A stretch of 64,000 bases of DNA from an uncultured delta proteobacterium (GCA_963736855.1 CAVTQK010000015.1:608001-672000); one strand, 5' to 3'; numbered from the stretch's first letter, positions 9,711-20,406 are shown. The notes: generated from the sequence alone by a model not told the origin. A program made the numbers and translations.

Positions 9711-12700
9711 TTAATCCAAGACATTTCGAACTGCTTTTGCCAGTTCAATCCGGTCGAGAGGCTTTTCGATATAGTACTTGATACCGATCTGAGAGGCGGA
9801 GAAGGCATCGATCTTCTGGCTATACCCCGTGCAAAGGATGACCGGCATATCGGGGCGAACGGAAAGGATTTCCTGAGCCAGGCGGTCTCCGGTCATATAG
9901 GGCATCGTCATATCGGTGATGACGACGTCAAAATGATGGGGGTCTTGTAAGAAAAGGGATAGGGCTTCAATCGGGTTTGTCTGTCCTTCTACACGATATC
10001 CCAGCCGTTCCAGTAATTGACAGCCGATTCCCACGATGAGTTCTTCATCATCGACAAACAGAATCCGTTCCGATCCGGTAGGAAGCGTCTCCTTTTTTTC
10101 AACCACCGATTCCACTTCTCCTTCGTAAGCCGGAAAATAAATCGAAAAATCGGTCCCTTCACCCAGCGTGCTCTCGACCGCAATCGACCCCTCATGGTTT
10201 TTGACGATCCCGTGTACGACGGAAAGCCCCAGCCCCGTTCCTTTGCCGACTTCCTTGGTGGTAAAATAAGGATCGAATATCCGATCCAGGTATTTTGCCT
10301 CTATTCCGGATCCGGTATCGCTGACCAGCAGTTTAACGTATCGGCCTGGAGTCAGAGAAACGGAGCCGATCGACATCTGAGCGTCAACGACGTGGTTGCC
10401 GAGGCCGAGAGTCAGGGTACCCCCGGTATCCTCCATGGAATGGGAGGCATTGGTGCACAGGTTGATGAGGACCTGGTGCATCTGGGCAGGATCCGCCAAA
10501 ACGGGATCTACGTCTTCTTCGATTTGCGTGATCATGGCAATGTTGGATGGGATGGAAGCCCTCAGCAGCCTGAGGGATTCCGTGATGAGGAAGGACAGTT
10601 TCAGGGGTTTGCGCTTCTGCTCGGTTTTCCGGCTGAAGCTCAAGAGCTGTTTGACCACGTCCCTGGCTCTCAGGCTGGCCGTCTGGACTTCCTCCAGATG
10701 ATGCTTGACCGGGCTCCATTCTTGCACACTTTCCAAAGCCAACTCCGCATTTCCGAGTATAATCCCCAGGATATTGTTGAAGTCGTGGGCAATGCCGCCG
10801 GCCAGCGTTCCAATGGCTTCCATTTTTTTTGACTGTAAAATCTGCTCCTGGAGGCCTTTGATCTTTCTTTCCGAAAGGATTTTCTCCGTAACATCCCGAC
10901 CGATACCGCTGATGAAAGGGTTTCCATCTTCGGGTCGGACCATAACGCTTCGGTATTCCAGATAAACTTTGCGGCCGCTTTTGGAACAGTAGACCGTAAC
11001 GCCTTGATGGCTTCCCTTTTCAAGGATTTGTTTGAGATATTCTTCTTGGAAAAGGGTTTTCAATTCGGGTTTCATGAAATCCGAAGCCATTTGTCCGATC
11101 AGCTCTTCGGGCTCATACCCCAGAATATGGGCGAACGAGGGATTAAAGGAAAGAAGTCGTCCTTCCAGATCATGGGTGTATACAAGGTCGCTGATGGCGT
11201 TAAAAAGGTCCCTGAACTTTTTTTCGGATCGATAAATTGATTCTGCGATGCGTTTTCGCTCGGTGATATCCTCGGCGACGCCGTCGAAATACTCTATTTT
11301 CCCACGGGAATTTTTAATGGCCACAATGGATGTGGAGGCGACAAAGGGGGTTTTGTCTCTTTTTAAAAGCTTGAGTTCTTCATTGCGTACCTGGCCTTGG
11401 GCGGTCAGTTTGGCGATAAGCCGGGTCAGGTCTTCAGGATCCTGAAAGGTGTCCGATGGTTTGACTGCAAGGAATTCCTTCAGTGTCTCATATCCGAACA
11501 TGCGGGCCATGGCGTAATTAGCCTCGAAAAATTGATTCTTGGAGAGGGTAGAGGTCCGGTATACGCCGATATTAAGGTTTTCCGTGAGTCTTTGATATCG
11601 GGTCTCCCTTTCATGAAGCTTTTCCTCCGCTTCCTTCCGATCCAGGATGTTGCCGATGATCCGGCTGCAGATTTTGAGGAGCGTAACGGTGTCTTCGGAC
11701 CAGAATTTGGGTTCTTGTACCGAGTCAAAACCCAAAAAGCCTTTGATATTTCCGCCGCTTGCAACCGGGATGACGATCAGGGATCGGATGCCCAGCGTCT
11801 TGAAGTAATTCTGTTCGAGCTGCGCTTCCATGGATAAATCATCGACATCCGAAAAATGGAAGGTTTCCATGGCGAGCATTTTCTCCCAAAACCATGGCAA
11901 TTCTTCGTTTGCCGATATTCCCTGGAGACTGGCGATCTGCGGTTCTATTCCCGGGGCACACCATTCATGAGTATTGTCGATCAGCCGCCGGTCCGGTCTG
12001 ACCTGGAACAAATAGGCTCGATCCACCCCGGAGAATTTCCCGATAGCTTCCAGGGCCTGGTTGATCTTGACATCCGTTTCTCCGGCCTCTACAAAATTTG
12101 CGGAGAGCCGGGTGATGATTTGCTGAAACCGAATCCGGGACTCGAGGGCCTCTTCGGCATTTTTACGCTTGAAGAGGTTCTGGATCCAGTTGTCGAGGAT
12201 GGTGTCTTCCGAAACAAACCCCAGGCGCTCCGTTGGCGGAATGTGATAGAAATTATCAAATACCTGCGAGCCGATGATGACGACCGCATGGGCGGTCAGG
12301 GCGTGCAGGAGATAGACGGAAGCCATTTTACGCCGATCGAACTGGCACAGACAAAGGACCTTGTTGTTGAGCACCCAGGTGTCAAGGAGGTCCCCAAATC
12401 GTCTGAAGGCATCAGATTCGGATATTTGGGAAACCCACGTAACCTCCATGGTTATCCGAAGCGCTGAATATCCGGCATCCAACGCTCTCTGCATCTGATC
12501 TTTAAGCCATTCTATGGCGGTTTCCGGATCGAACTTGTTGCTTTTAAGGAGGGCTTCCTCGGCTTTGACGATGGAAAACCGGCCGTTTTCCGCCAGCGTC
12601 ACAGGATCCAGTCCGTCATCGGCAAGATAGGACAGGATCATTTCAGGGGTCTGGTCGTGGGTGATATAGAGCATTTTTTCGCCCCGTTCCAGGCCAAGGC

Positions 12701-12824
12701 GAATGAACGGAGTGAGCACCGCCTGGTGCTCGACATCGTTTTCATAAAGGAAACAAAGGTGGGCACCATGCCTCAAGTCGGCAAGGGTCTCCTTTAACGA
12801 TATCGTTGATTGGGGGTTATTCAT
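9711..12824 (-). CDS. Hybrid sensor histidine kinase (MEDS-GAF-PAS-PAS-HisKA-HATPase-REC)
   Basis: N-terminal HLCFLYE...FIRLGLERGEK (MEDS); NTHEWCAPG (GAF); AGGIAHDFNN H-box; GKGTGLGL; C-terminal ILFVDDE...TDMTMP. Confidence 0.92.
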   Translation of the reverse strand: MNNPQSTISLKETLADLRHGAHLCFLYENDVEHQAVLTPFIRLGLERGEKMLYITHDQTPEMILSYLADDGLDPVTLAENGRFSIVKAEEALLKSNKFDPETAIEWLKDQMQRALDAGYSALRITMEVTWVSQISESDAFRRFGDLLDTWVLNNKVLCLCQFDRRKMASVYLLHALTAHAVVIIGSQVFDNFYHIPPTERLGFVSEDTILDNWIQNLFKRKNAEEALESRIRFQQIITRLSANFVEAGETDVKINQALEAIGKFSGVDRAYLFQVRPDRRLIDNTHEWCAPGIEPQIASLQGISANEELPWFWEKMLAMETFHFSDVDDLSMEAQLEQNYFKTLGIRSLIVIPVASGGNIKGFLGFDSVQEPKFWSEDTVTLLKICSRIIGNILDRKEAEEKLHERETRYQRLTENLNIGVYRTSTLSKNQFFEANYAMARMFGYETLKEFLAVKPSDTFQDPEDLTRLIAKLTAQGQVRNEELKLLKRDKTPFVASTSIVAIKNSRGKIEYFDGVAEDITERKRIAESIYRSEKKFRDLFNAISDLVYTHDLEGRLLSFNPSFAHILGYEPEELIGQMASDFMKPELKTLFQEEYLKQILEKGSHQGVTVYCSKSGRKVYLEYRSVMVRPEDGNPFISGIGRDVTEKILSERKIKGLQEQILQSKKMEAIGTLAGGIAHDFNNILGIILGNAELALESVQEWSPVKHHLEEVQTASLRARDVVKQLLSFSRKTEQKRKPLKLSFLITESLRLLRASIPSNIAMITQIEEDVDPVLADPAQMHQVLINLCTNASHSMEDTGGTLTLGLGNHVVDAQMSIGSVSLTPGRYVKLLVSDTGSGIEAKYLDRIFDPYFTTKEVGKGTGLGLSVVHGIVKNHEGSIAVESTLGEGTDFSIYFPAYEGEVESVVEKKETLPTGSERILFVDDEELIVGIGCQLLERLGYRVEGQTNPIEALSLFLQDPHHFDVVITDMTMPYMTGDRLAQEILSVRPDMPVILCTGYSQKIDAFSASQIGIKYYIEKPLDRIELAKAVRNVLD

Positions 12825-12931
12825 CCATCATCCGCCAGGAAAGAAATTTTTTTTGCTTGGATCCATTGGATCTTTATGCTTTATTGACTATTCGGAATCC
12901 CGAAAATTGTCAATGTTAACCCTGTTGTTGC

Positions 12932-12978
12932 AAAAGTCAGAGGCAAAGTAAAATGTCCCAGATCCAAGGCGTCGCGAA
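12932..12978. repeat. Truncated, degenerate fragment of the 155-bp MITE
   Basis: AAAAGTCAGAGGCAAAGTAAAATGTCCCAGATCCAAGGCGTCGCGAA resembles the left third of copy 1. Confidence 0.55.
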
Positions 12979-13136
12979 CTTTTTTCTAATGATTGTCATG
13001 CTTATTTACGCGAACTGCACGGGTTGAACGAACTGCATAAAAGGACTTGTTGCTGGAACGGTAACGTGAAAAGCCTTCCTGTTAAAACTGCTAACTTCCG
13101 GTCGGAAACGTCGGAATTTTAAAGCGAGGCGCTTTA

Positions 13137-13547
13137 ATGAAAATTGCAAATGCTCTTGAATGCGAAGATGTTAAAATCGATCGATTCCCCTTTAAAGGGA
13201 AAATGCACCCCGTCATCGGTACAAGCATCCGTTGGCTTTCCCGCCATGGAGACGACGGGACCGGATACCCGGAATACGGGTTGCGCTATTTCACTATCCA
13301 GCCCGGCGGACAGATTCCGATCCACAACCATTTTTATCACCAGACCATGTTCATTTTGACCGGGACGGCCGAATGCCTCCAGTACGATCTGGAAACGGAA
13401 CAGATTGTCCAGCAGAAAGTGACCGGGCCCGGTGACTTCATCTACATCCCGAGCATGGAGCCCCATGGCATGAAAAATATCGGGGACACCCCCCTCACTT
13501 TTCTGTGTTGTATTGCCAATGTGTACGAAGAAAAACCGCATGCTTAA
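13137..13547 (+). CDS. Cupin domain protein
   Basis: PGGQIPIHNHFYHQTMFILTG and GDFIYIPSMEPHG cupin motifs. Confidence 0.88.
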   Translation: MKIANALECEDVKIDRFPFKGKMHPVIGTSIRWLSRHGDDGTGYPEYGLRYFTIQPGGQIPIHNHFYHQTMFILTGTAECLQYDLETEQIVQQKVTGPGDFIYIPSMEPHGMKNIGDTPLTFLCCIANVYEEKPHA

Positions 13548-13578
13548 GGATTTCACTGTGAGCTCAAGGCTTTCGGTT

Positions 13579-14292
13579 TCAGAAAGTCAATCCGACATCC
13601 GGGGATTCCCAGGAGATGGATGCGGTTGTGGCCTGGATGACTAGTCGGGCCAGGATCTCGCCGAAAAGAGTATGCTTGCCGCAGTACCGGATCCGGTGCT
13701 GATCTTCTCCACATGCCAAAGCGATGGCATCGGTGCCGGTTCCGGTGGCGATAGCGTCGGAAATCCGGCTTCGAACTCCGCAGGCCTGCATGGCGACCGC
13801 CTTGGCCTCAGTGGCGAGTGTGATCGTCTCTACCATTGCCGCAGGCGTTAACGCCGCCGAGGTGAGGATAGCCGTGTTGATGGTCCCGGCTCCGGGTATG
13901 GTGTTGTCGAGGCTTCGGTATTCGGAAAGATCCCCCGCTCGCATGGGATTGGAGAGTCCCGAAGTCACCAGTACGATCGTTTCTATGCCATGCACACGGT
14001 TTTGAGCAATTCTTAGGGAGTTCATCGATGCAGCCGTCATCATACCTACTGTTACCCCCTGCCATCCGAAGCGGTCACAATACTCAGTCAGGGTGTTTTC
14101 CGGCGGCTCCAATGGCGCGTTCGGATTTTTGGGGTGTTTGGGAACCCTGAGGTTTAAAATGGCATCCGCGTGCACCCAGCCGCCATTGAGCACAGCCGAG
14201 CTGAGCACCGGAAGGGGTTTTTCGAAGACAAGGCGGATATGGTCTTCGGTCCGTTCGAGTTGAAGGTAACAGTGCGTAATAATTGGAGTCAT
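13579..14292 (-). CDS. cbiZ: Adenosylcobinamide amidohydrolase
   Basis: LSSAVLNGG, VGMMTAA, GTIN, ATEAK, ATGTGTDA motifs of CbiZ. Confidence 0.88.
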   Translation of the reverse strand: MTPIITHCYLQLERTEDHIRLVFEKPLPVLSSAVLNGGWVHADAILNLRVPKHPKNPNAPLEPPENTLTEYCDRFGWQGVTVGMMTAASMNSLRIAQNRVHGIETIVLVTSGLSNPMRAGDLSEYRSLDNTIPGAGTINTAILTSAALTPAAMVETITLATEAKAVAMQACGVRSRISDAIATGTGTDAIALACGEDQHRIRYCGKHTLFGEILARLVIQATTASISWESPDVGLTF

Positions 14293-14458
14293 GGTTTACC
14301 TTTAGAAATCATAACGGTCAAAAAAACAGAATGCGATGGGCAACGCGAACCTTTTTCCAGAACGTATGCTTCGCCCAGATCTTATGATCGACATCGCACC
14401 GGTGGTTTTTTTACATTGAAACTCATTTAATTTTCCCATAGATTATGAGTGAAAAGTC

Positions 14459-15364
14459 ATGAAGATACGGCAGAAACACTCGGATGAATCCATTCCCAAG
14501 CCTTCGTGGCTGCGCCTTCGACTTCCCTCCGGAGGGGTATACGAGCAGGTGCGGTCCCTGGTTTCCGACGGCCGGCTTCATACGGTCTGTCAGGAGGCTC
14601 AATGCCCCAATATCTGGGAGTGCTTTTCTCACAGAACGGCAACTTTTCTGATCCTTGGAAATCACTGTACGCGAAACTGCCGGTTTTGCGCAATTGAACC
14701 GGGTCCCGGAGACCCTTTGCAAGCAGATGAGCCTCAACGTGTCGCCGAAGCAGCCCGGAAGCTTAATCTGAATTATGTCGTCGTCACATCAGTGACTCGC
14801 GACGATCTTCCGGACGGGGGTGCAGGTGTTTTTGCCGAAACGATTCATGCGGTCCGGAAAAGCATTCCGGATGTTAAGGTGGAGGTTCTGGTTCCGGATT
14901 TCAAAGGATCCAAAGAAGCCCTGATGACGGTTCTGAAAGCGATCCCCGATGTGCTTAACCACAACATGGAAACAGTCCGCAGGCTGTACCCCAGGGTCCG
15001 TCCCGAAGCTGACTATCAAAGATCTCTGCAATTGATTCGGCGCGTCAGCGAGAATGAGCCGGCCATTCAATCCAAATCAGGATTGATGCTGGGATTTGGT
15101 GAAACCGCTAAGGAGATCCGGGAAACCCTTACAGACCTCAGGTTCGCGCAATGCCGCATCCTGACTCTCGGTCAATACCTGTGTCCCGGCAAAAATCATC
15201 TTCCGGTGAGCCGTTTTATTCCCCCGGAAGAATTTGAAGAGTGGCGGAAAACCGCATTGCAAATGGGGTTTGAAGAGGTGGCCAGCGCGCCGTTCGTGAG
15301 AAGCTCCTATCGTGCGGATGCTTGTATCGGAAAGCAGCAAATGATCCAAAGCAGGGCGGTCTAG
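14459..15364 (+). CDS. lipA: Lipoyl synthase (radical SAM)
   Basis: CQEAQCPNIWEC plus CTRNCRFC, VTRDDLPDGGA, VRSSY. Confidence 0.96.
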   Translation: MKIRQKHSDESIPKPSWLRLRLPSGGVYEQVRSLVSDGRLHTVCQEAQCPNIWECFSHRTATFLILGNHCTRNCRFCAIEPGPGDPLQADEPQRVAEAARKLNLNYVVVTSVTRDDLPDGGAGVFAETIHAVRKSIPDVKVEVLVPDFKGSKEALMTVLKAIPDVLNHNMETVRRLYPRVRPEADYQRSLQLIRRVSENEPAIQSKSGLMLGFGETAKEIRETLTDLRFAQCRILTLGQYLCPGKNHLPVSRFIPPEEFEEWRKTALQMGFEEVASAPFVRSSYRADACIGKQQMIQSRAV

Positions 15365-15653
15365 GGAATGGAACGTATAAACGACAAATAATTCTCCGGT
15401 CGATTGCGTTGATCGCGATGTCGCCCTACTGGATTTGCAAAAATTATCCAAACCGGCTCGTCCCTGATTGCAAATTAATTTGGGAAAATACTCCCGGTTT
15501 TTCTCTTATAAAAGGAGAGCAGCATCGGGTCCGATGCCAGTTTTTAGCCTCTTCTTTGGCGATCTCTTTTGCTTTGGATAAATCCAGGTCCTTTTGGTTT
15601 ATGGTGATTTTGATGTGGTTTCCCCAAAACGAATCGAGTGCTTCGGGTGTCAT
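15361..15653 (-). pseudogene. Degraded AF1514/DUF5619-like small protein
   Basis: Fragments DLDLSKAKEIAKEEA, DPMLLSFY, EPVWIIFA and GDIAIN lie in different frames. Confidence 0.45.
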
Positions 15654-15765
15654 GGTTACAATCTCCTGTTTAGTATCTGCTCTCGAAAAGCACATTACCT
15701 GTCCTTCTGAATTCAATGCGGCTTCCACAGGAACACGGAAATCATTAAAGTAGGGATGGATCCAA

Positions 15766-16461
15766 TTGAAGGATATCATTGATTTGCCGGAATTCAAGGA
15801 CCGGATCCATGTTTTCAGTGACCGTGCCCATGCCGGAAAAATTCTGGCTGATATGCTCAAATCATATAATGATCCAGCATCCCTGATCTTAGCAATTCCG
15901 GCCGGCGGCGTTCCGATAGGTTATGAGGTTGCAAAAAGATTGAAGCTTCAATTGGATGTTGCTGTGGTAAGCAAAATAACGCTTCCATGGAATACAGAGG
16001 CTGGATACGGCGCGGTCGCCTTCGATGGAACCGTTCAGTTGAATCAAGCGCTCATAAAAGGATTGGGTTTAACCCAAAAAGAGATTAAAAAAGGAATCAG
16101 GGAGACCTCTGAAAAAGTACGGCGTCGCGTATTGAGGCTCAGGGGTTCCCGGCCTTTTCCGGATCTTAAAGGGCGAAAAATCCTCCTGATTGACGATGGG
16201 CTGGCTTCAGGATTTACCATGATGGTGGCCATTGAGGCGCTCCGAAATGCAGGAGCTGAAAAGGTCATCGTAGCCGTCCCGACAGCTCATTTGGAATCCG
16301 CACAAAACGTTCTTAGAACAGCCGATGAAATGTTTTCCCCCAATCTCAGGAGCGGCCTGCGATTTGCTGTTGCCAGCGCCTATGTTAGATGGTCGGATGT
16401 AACAGAAGAAGAAGCCATCTCCATCCTGGAGAGATTAGCTGCATACCCTCCAGCGGGATAG
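15766..16461 (+). CDS. Phosphoribosyltransferase family protein
   Basis: FSDRAHAG, LAIPAGGVP, LLIDDGLASGFTM PRPP-binding motif. Confidence 0.88.
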   Translation: MKDIIDLPEFKDRIHVFSDRAHAGKILADMLKSYNDPASLILAIPAGGVPIGYEVAKRLKLQLDVAVVSKITLPWNTEAGYGAVAFDGTVQLNQALIKGLGLTQKEIKKGIRETSEKVRRRVLRLRGSRPFPDLKGRKILLIDDGLASGFTMMVAIEALRNAGAEKVIVAVPTAHLESAQNVLRTADEMFSPNLRSGLRFAVASAYVRWSDVTEEEAISILERLAAYPPAG

Positions 16462-16564
16462 ATCCCCTTGCGGCTTTTTCATCGAAGCGAACAATTAAAA
16501 GTCCCGGCATTTTGAATTTTCTCAAACAGGCTGAGTGAAAATGGGAATCTTTAAGCGGCCCCGA

Positions 16565-17353
16565 TCACTCCGGCCGCTTGTTAATACGTTCTGCTTCAAT
16601 CAGTATGACTGCACTCATTGATCGCGGCATGATTTTCGCATCCAAAAGGGCGAACAGAGAAAAGATCCGATTACACCACTGAAAGAGGGGCACATAGATC
16701 CATGCCGGAACCGATGTTATAGCCGGTAATGACCGAGGTCGCTTTACCCTGCCGGTCAGGGTTATCAGGGAGATCGCCGTGATCATGGATATTTTTTCAA
16801 GCGGGCCCAGAACCTTTTCAAGTCTCCGGGGGGATAGCCCCGCCAGGTTCAATTTATGGCTGATATCCTCCAGGTTATATCTCCGGTAGTGATTGACATA
16901 GACATCGTCAAGTGCGAAGTAGGCGGCTCTGTGGGGAAATGTGATAACACAGCACCCTTCGGGCTTCAACACTCTTGCCATTTCCCGCAGTGCTGAAACA
17001 TCGTTTTCTATATGCTCGATGACTTCCGAGCTGACACAATGTAAAATTGTCCGGCTTTTAAAAGGGAGGGCGGTGCCGTCCGCGACAACATAATTCCCTT
17101 TGCCGAACACGCCTTTTAATATTTTTAATCCGGTGAGCGACACATCAGTATAGACGGTTCTCCAGGTTATGGCAGATACCGGCGAGATGCCGGAACCGAC
17201 CTCCACTACCCATCCGGAAGGCTTTTTTGCCAGAATGCCGGCGATGGCTCTTTTACGAAGAAGGTAGTTATAGAGATGATTTTTCAGAAAAATGTAGACA
17301 CTAGCCGAGAAAAAATCCTGGAACCTGTTGGATGGCCGTGCTGACGCATTCAT
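16565..17353 (-). CDS. Class I SAM-dependent methyltransferase
   Basis: VVEVGSG, ADGTALPF, SEVIEH, RVLKPEG, HYRRY; ATG 17353 overlaps the GT2 stop. Confidence 0.85.
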   Translation of the reverse strand: MNASARPSNRFQDFFSASVYIFLKNHLYNYLLRKRAIAGILAKKPSGWVVEVGSGISPVSAITWRTVYTDVSLTGLKILKGVFGKGNYVVADGTALPFKSRTILHCVSSEVIEHIENDVSALREMARVLKPEGCCVITFPHRAAYFALDDVYVNHYRRYNLEDISHKLNLAGLSPRRLEKVLGPLEKISMITAISLITLTGRVKRPRSLPAITSVPAWIYVPLFQWCNRIFSLFALLDAKIMPRSMSAVILIEAERINKRPE

Positions 17354-18135
17354 GTATTTTTTCGGATCGAGGGGAAGATGGCTGTTGAGAGCAATCCTGT
17401 TTTTGCCAGCCTGAACAGCATCGCTGTTTTCAGGCAACCCAGGCCGTAGATTATGCTGGGCCATAGCGAAATGGAGGATGCCTCCGCGAAATAGCGGGTA
17501 GGACAACTGATCTCGGCTACGGTGTATCCCGCCCAGATGACCTGGGCGATCATCTGGTTGTCAAACACGAACCCGTTATTGTTTGCATCCAGGGGCAAAG
17601 ACTCCAGAAGGCTCCTGGAGAAGGCCCGGTAACCGGTATGGTATTCCGACAGTTTGGCGCCGATAAGTATGTTTTCGGTAAGCGTCAGAAATCGGTTGGC
17701 GATATACTTCCAGAACGGCATGCCGTTTTTTAAGGCATATCCGCCAAGGATTCTTGAACCGAGGACACAATGATAAAGTCCATTGCCGATCAGGGAAGCC
17801 ATGGCTGGAATGAGCAACGGTGTGTACTGGTAGTCCGGATGCACCATAATGACGATATCGGCGTCGTTTTCAATAGCCAACCGGTAGCATGATTTCTGGT
17901 TGCCGCCATAGCCCAGATTATTTTCGTGGGTGTAGACAATCGTTTGGGGGAGTGTGCGGGCGATGGCGACAGTCTTGTCCGTACTGCAGTCATCAACGAT
18001 AATGACCTGATCGACAACTCCCTGGGCCATGACCTCTTCGAATGTCCGTTGAAGAGTTGCAGCCGCGTTGTATGCAGGCATTACGACGATGACTTTCCTG
18101 TCCTTATACATCAGGCAGAACCTCTTATTGCACAA
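17350..18135 (-). CDS. GT2 glycosyltransferase (polyprenol-phosphate sugar synthase-like)
   Basis: VMPAYNA, IVDDCSTD, NLGYGGNQK, HPDYQY, EYHTGYRAF. Confidence 0.9.
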   Translation of the reverse strand: MCNKRFCLMYKDRKVIVVMPAYNAAATLQRTFEEVMAQGVVDQVIIVDDCSTDKTVAIARTLPQTIVYTHENNLGYGGNQKSCYRLAIENDADIVIMVHPDYQYTPLLIPAMASLIGNGLYHCVLGSRILGGYALKNGMPFWKYIANRFLTLTENILIGAKLSEYHTGYRAFSRSLLESLPLDANNNGFVFDNQMIAQVIWAGYTVAEISCPTRYFAEASSISLWPSIIYGLGCLKTAMLFRLAKTGLLSTAIFPSIRKNT

Positions 18136-18388
18136 ATATCTTTAATCGGATTATGATTCAGCCGTTTGGGTTGTTCCCTTTTTCAAGATTATAGAATAGC
18201 AAATTGAAATGAAAATGACCACTGGTAATAGGTATTAGAAGGATCGAGGCTTTTTATCCCTCAAAATTCGTTGATTCGTCAATCCGCCGGCAACAGGATC
18301 GATTGCAGCATAACGATTTATTATTGAAGACGACCAAAAGATAGATTAAGCTTTGCTTTGATCTTTTTCCATGTGATGATCAAGCACT

Positions 18389-20242
18389 ATGATGAATGTA
18401 TTTCCGATAGCAAAGGGAGAGGTTTGCTCCCGCCTATACCTGACAATTCTGCTGCTGATTGTCGGCAGCTTTTTTGCTGTTTTTCTCGGGACCCAGCTTA
18501 ACCCGGACGGTATCTTATACTTTTCTTATTTGCGATCCGCGTTTTTCGACCGGGATATTCTGCTTGTCAATGAATTCAACGAACTGCAGTTATTGCCTTT
18601 GTCGCGCCATCTTTCTGCGACGGGACTGGAGGGTAACCCGGTAGCGATCGGGACCTCCATCCTGATGTCGCCTTTTTATGCAACCGCATTTTTAATTGAC
18701 CGACTTTGCGGGCTAATGGGCATTGATATCGGAGATCATGGATACTGGGGCATTTATCTTTACGTATTTCCTTTCGGATCGTTGTTTTACGGCTGTCTGA
18801 CAGGATGGATGATTCTGGGAATCTTGAAAAAACAGTATCAGCTATCCCATGCTGCACTTTCCCTCATGCATATCGTACTGGGTACGCCATTTCTCTTTTA
18901 TTTGGCTGTTCATTATCATGTTTCCCACCTGTGTTCGGCGTTCAGCGTGACGCTGTTCCTTTATCTATTTGAGACGGTCAGGAACGATGCAAGTCTGGCT
19001 GATCGCTATTCGACGCATTTTTTTCTTGGCGCGTTGAGCGGTGTCGCCATCCTGGTCCGGACCCAGAACGGATTATTCTGGATCATTCCTTTTTGTTTTT
19101 TATTATCCCGGTTATGGCATACCGGCAATTTTGGGCGCGTTATGATTCAAGGGATCTCTTTTCTTGCCGGCGCCATCATTGCGGTGTCCCCCCAGTTGAC
19201 GGTCTGGAAAATACTGCATGGAAGCTGGGTACATGCTCCTGAAGCCGCCAATGTTAATCTTTTTCAGCCCCGCCTGCTGGAAGTTCTGACGTCTTCCTAT
19301 CATGGTCTTTTTTTCTGGTCGCCCATTCTTATCATCAGCATTATCGGCCTTTGTTTTTTGGTGCGGATGGATGCAGATCGAGGTATTCCTTTACTGCTCG
19401 CGGTACTGCTGCAATTGATCATCAATGGCTCCATGCGCATGTGGTGGGAAGGGGCTTCATTCGGTTTGCGCCTGTTTATGAATTGCACTCCGATTTTTTG
19501 CATCGGGCTGTCTGTTGCATATACCCAGGTCAAGGCTTCATGGATCCGTATCCTGGGCAGTCTGCTTGTCTTCTGGACCTTCCTGCTGTATCTGAATGTG
19601 GTAACAGCCCGAATTGATCTTAACCGGTTTTATCCGGCCATGGAACTGATCCGGCTTCAAGCACGGCAATTTACCGGTCTGCTGTTTCTGCAGAAACCGG
19701 ATGCATATCTGGCCTTTTTAAAATCCCTGGGGGGTTCGGCGATCCTGGTAGCAGGAGTCGGCATCACGATCATGGCCATAATGCGCCTTCGGAAAACCCT
19801 AATCGCTATTATTGACCATAGACAGTTATCGACTTTTGGCGTCATGGGGGTGCTGATCGCCGGTATGGGCCTGTCCGGCCTGATTTATTTTCTGGGAATC
19901 AACAGTCAGCATCACAAGCGTTTCTGGCAGGACGACCTGAAAAGAATTGAAAGCGGCATGAACAGCTATTCTTTGTTTTATATCGACTATTGGTTTTACG
20001 TCATGCACGCCGAATATTTAGCCGCCCTCGGCCGGGAATCGGAAGCGATTCATGAATACTGGAAGGCGCTTCAAATATATCCGACTCCAGGGCTGTATCG
20101 GAATTTAACTTATCTGCTGGCAAAAAGGGGCCGCCATAAAGAGGCAGGGGATGCTATTCGGCAGGCGCTGGCACGCTGGCCGGATGATCCTCATTTGATC
20201 AAGCAGGAAAAATGGCTGCACGCCATAAGACCGGTGCCATAA
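18389..20242 (+). CDS. Polytopic membrane protein, probable GT-C glycosyltransferase with C-terminal TPR
   Basis: N-terminal DGILYFSYLRS loop, many TM helices, HGLFFWSP, WWEGASFGLR, C-terminal TPR-like helices. Confidence 0.65.
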   Translation: MMNVFPIAKGEVCSRLYLTILLLIVGSFFAVFLGTQLNPDGILYFSYLRSAFFDRDILLVNEFNELQLLPLSRHLSATGLEGNPVAIGTSILMSPFYATAFLIDRLCGLMGIDIGDHGYWGIYLYVFPFGSLFYGCLTGWMILGILKKQYQLSHAALSLMHIVLGTPFLFYLAVHYHVSHLCSAFSVTLFLYLFETVRNDASLADRYSTHFFLGALSGVAILVRTQNGLFWIIPFCFLLSRLWHTGNFGRVMIQGISFLAGAIIAVSPQLTVWKILHGSWVHAPEAANVNLFQPRLLEVLTSSYHGLFFWSPILIISIIGLCFLVRMDADRGIPLLLAVLLQLIINGSMRMWWEGASFGLRLFMNCTPIFCIGLSVAYTQVKASWIRILGSLLVFWTFLLYLNVVTARIDLNRFYPAMELIRLQARQFTGLLFLQKPDAYLAFLKSLGGSAILVAGVGITIMAIMRLRKTLIAIIDHRQLSTFGVMGVLIAGMGLSGLIYFLGINSQHHKRFWQDDLKRIESGMNSYSLFYIDYWFYVMHAEYLAALGRESEAIHEYWKALQIYPTPGLYRNLTYLLAKRGRHKEAGDAIRQALARWPDDPHLIKQEKWLHAIRPVP

Positions 20243-20249
20243 GGAAGCA

Positions 20250-20345
20250 AAACGCCCCTGCCGCATTCAAGCAACAGGGGCGAAAGATTCTCCACCATCA
20301 ATTGATTTTCGGCAGCTACCCTGCCGTATACTTGGCGCGTAATGA
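20250..20345 (+). pseudogene. Internal remnant of an AAA_14/DUF4143 ATPase
   Basis: RKILHHQLIFGSYPAVYLARND matches RKIMQHQLIFGSYPAVYIAQSD of 25605-26951. Confidence 0.7.
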
Positions 20346-20406
20346 TGATGTTATCATTTCATTAAATTCTCGATATGGTGTAAAAAAATCCCACCTCTGT
20401 GAAAGA

